A stretch of DNA of 44,618 bases, from contig JAZDDZ010000009.1 in the NCBI GenBank assembly GCA_043809245.1, positions 1 to 44,618 of the forward strand. Direction: 5' to 3'. Of the stretch, positions 44,033 to 44,618 are shown piece by piece. Made by a program: the position numbers and the translations under genes. The first letter of the stretch is position 1; every line of letters starts with the position of its first letter. A model generated the notes under the pieces. The model made no database searches and was not told the origin of the DNA. It saw only the letters and a program-made list of their open reading frames with translations. Source of the stretch: Candidatus Iainarchaeum sp. GTDB lineage: Archaea; Iainarchaeota; Iainarchaeia; Iainarchaeales; JAZDDZ01.

Positions 44033-44618
44033 TGGGCTTCAGGGAATACTTGAAACAATTGGAAGCAAAAGGAAGGCTGCAGAAAATAGCAAAGCCAGTA
44101 TCCAAAAGGCTTGAGGCAGCGGCGATACTTAACGAATTGAATGAAAAACCCGCGCTGTTTGAAAAAATAAAGGAATCTGAATTCAGGGTTGCGGGAAACA
44201 TTTTCGGCACAAAGGAAAGCGTTGCGGATTATTTAGGGGTAAAAGTAGCTGAATTGATTCCGAAAATAACGCATGCGATTGAACACCCCTCAAAGCCAGA
44301 GGAAGTGAAAAACGCTGCATGCCAGGAAGAGGAAATGAAAGAAGTGGATTTGGACAAGCTGCCAATACTTTTTCACTGCGAAAAAGACGGCGGCAATTAC
44401 ATCAGCAGCGGAGTGTTTATAATAAAAGACAAGGAAGGGATTCAGAATGTTGATTTTCACAGGGCAATGCAGATAGGCAAAAACAAGTTTTCAATAAGGG
44501 TTGTAAGGGAAAGGCATTTCGACCAGCTACTGAAAAAACACGGAGAGCTGAACGTTGCAGCGTGCATTGGAAATTCCCCGAATGTATTGATTGCTGCAGC
44601 CACCTCGGTTGCATTTGG
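44032..44618 (+). CDS. UbiD-family decarboxylase, probable anhydromevalonate phosphate decarboxylase; truncated at the window end
   Basis: Not in the ORF track. Manual translation gives MGFREYLKQLEAKGRL...VDLDKLPILFHCEKDGGNYISSGV...NVDFHR. The ATG overlaps the ubiX stop. Confidence 0.9.
   Translation, partial: MGFREYLKQLEAKGRLQKIAKPVSKRLEAAAILNELNEKPALFEKIKESEFRVAGNIFGTKESVADYLGVKVAELIPKITHAIEHPSKPEEVKNAACQEEEMKEVDLDKLPILFHCEKDGGNYISSGVFIIKDKEGIQNVDFHRAMQIGKNKFSIRVVRERHFDQLLKKHGELNVAACIGNSPNVLIAAATSVAF

Noticed and set aside
43481-44618. Ubiquinone biosynthesis role for ubiX/ubiD
   Set aside because: Their position directly after mevalonate kinase in an archaeal mevalonate operon fits the anhydromevalonate phosphate decarboxylase role better.

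Overview
A gene-dense archaeal chromosome segment. TATA/BRE-type promoters, mostly leaderless genes, class III signal-peptide pilins, KaiC-like ATPases and archaeal-type mevalonate genes all point to an archaeon. The overall style suggests a DPANN-type lineage such as Ca. Iainarchaeota/Diapherotrites, but that placement is inference. From left to right: (1) A truncated DUF2080-like gene, a double winged-helix regulator with a small membrane protein behind a structured leader, bacterial-type coaD-coaE, an unexplained ~150-nt structured RNA candidate, and a PMM/PGM gene carrying a 99-bp in-frame palindromic insertion. (2) A ~28-kb surface/signalling district (4.2-32.7 kb): three paralogous single-pass surface proteins with Ig/MG2-like domains and a shared SHOCT-like cytoplasmic tail (two also have Cys-rich repeats); a type IV pilus locus (major pilin, two TadB/C proteins, an ATPase with an extra N-terminal wHTH, four minor pilins, and a 1054-aa FG-GAP adhesin-pilin); and seven KaiC/RecA-fold proteins (three with intact P-loops, four without), some sharing small helical modules with each other and with the surface proteins. 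RecJ-like and HAD genes also lie within this span. (3) Metabolism: hom-lysC-asd-nadK and an archaeal mevalonate operon (hmgA, HMG-CoA synthase, thiolase, DUF35, mvk, ubiX, and a UbiD gene truncated by the window edge). No tRNA, rRNA, CRISPR array or transposase was recognised. All family assignments come from motif recognition by eye, not from database searches.
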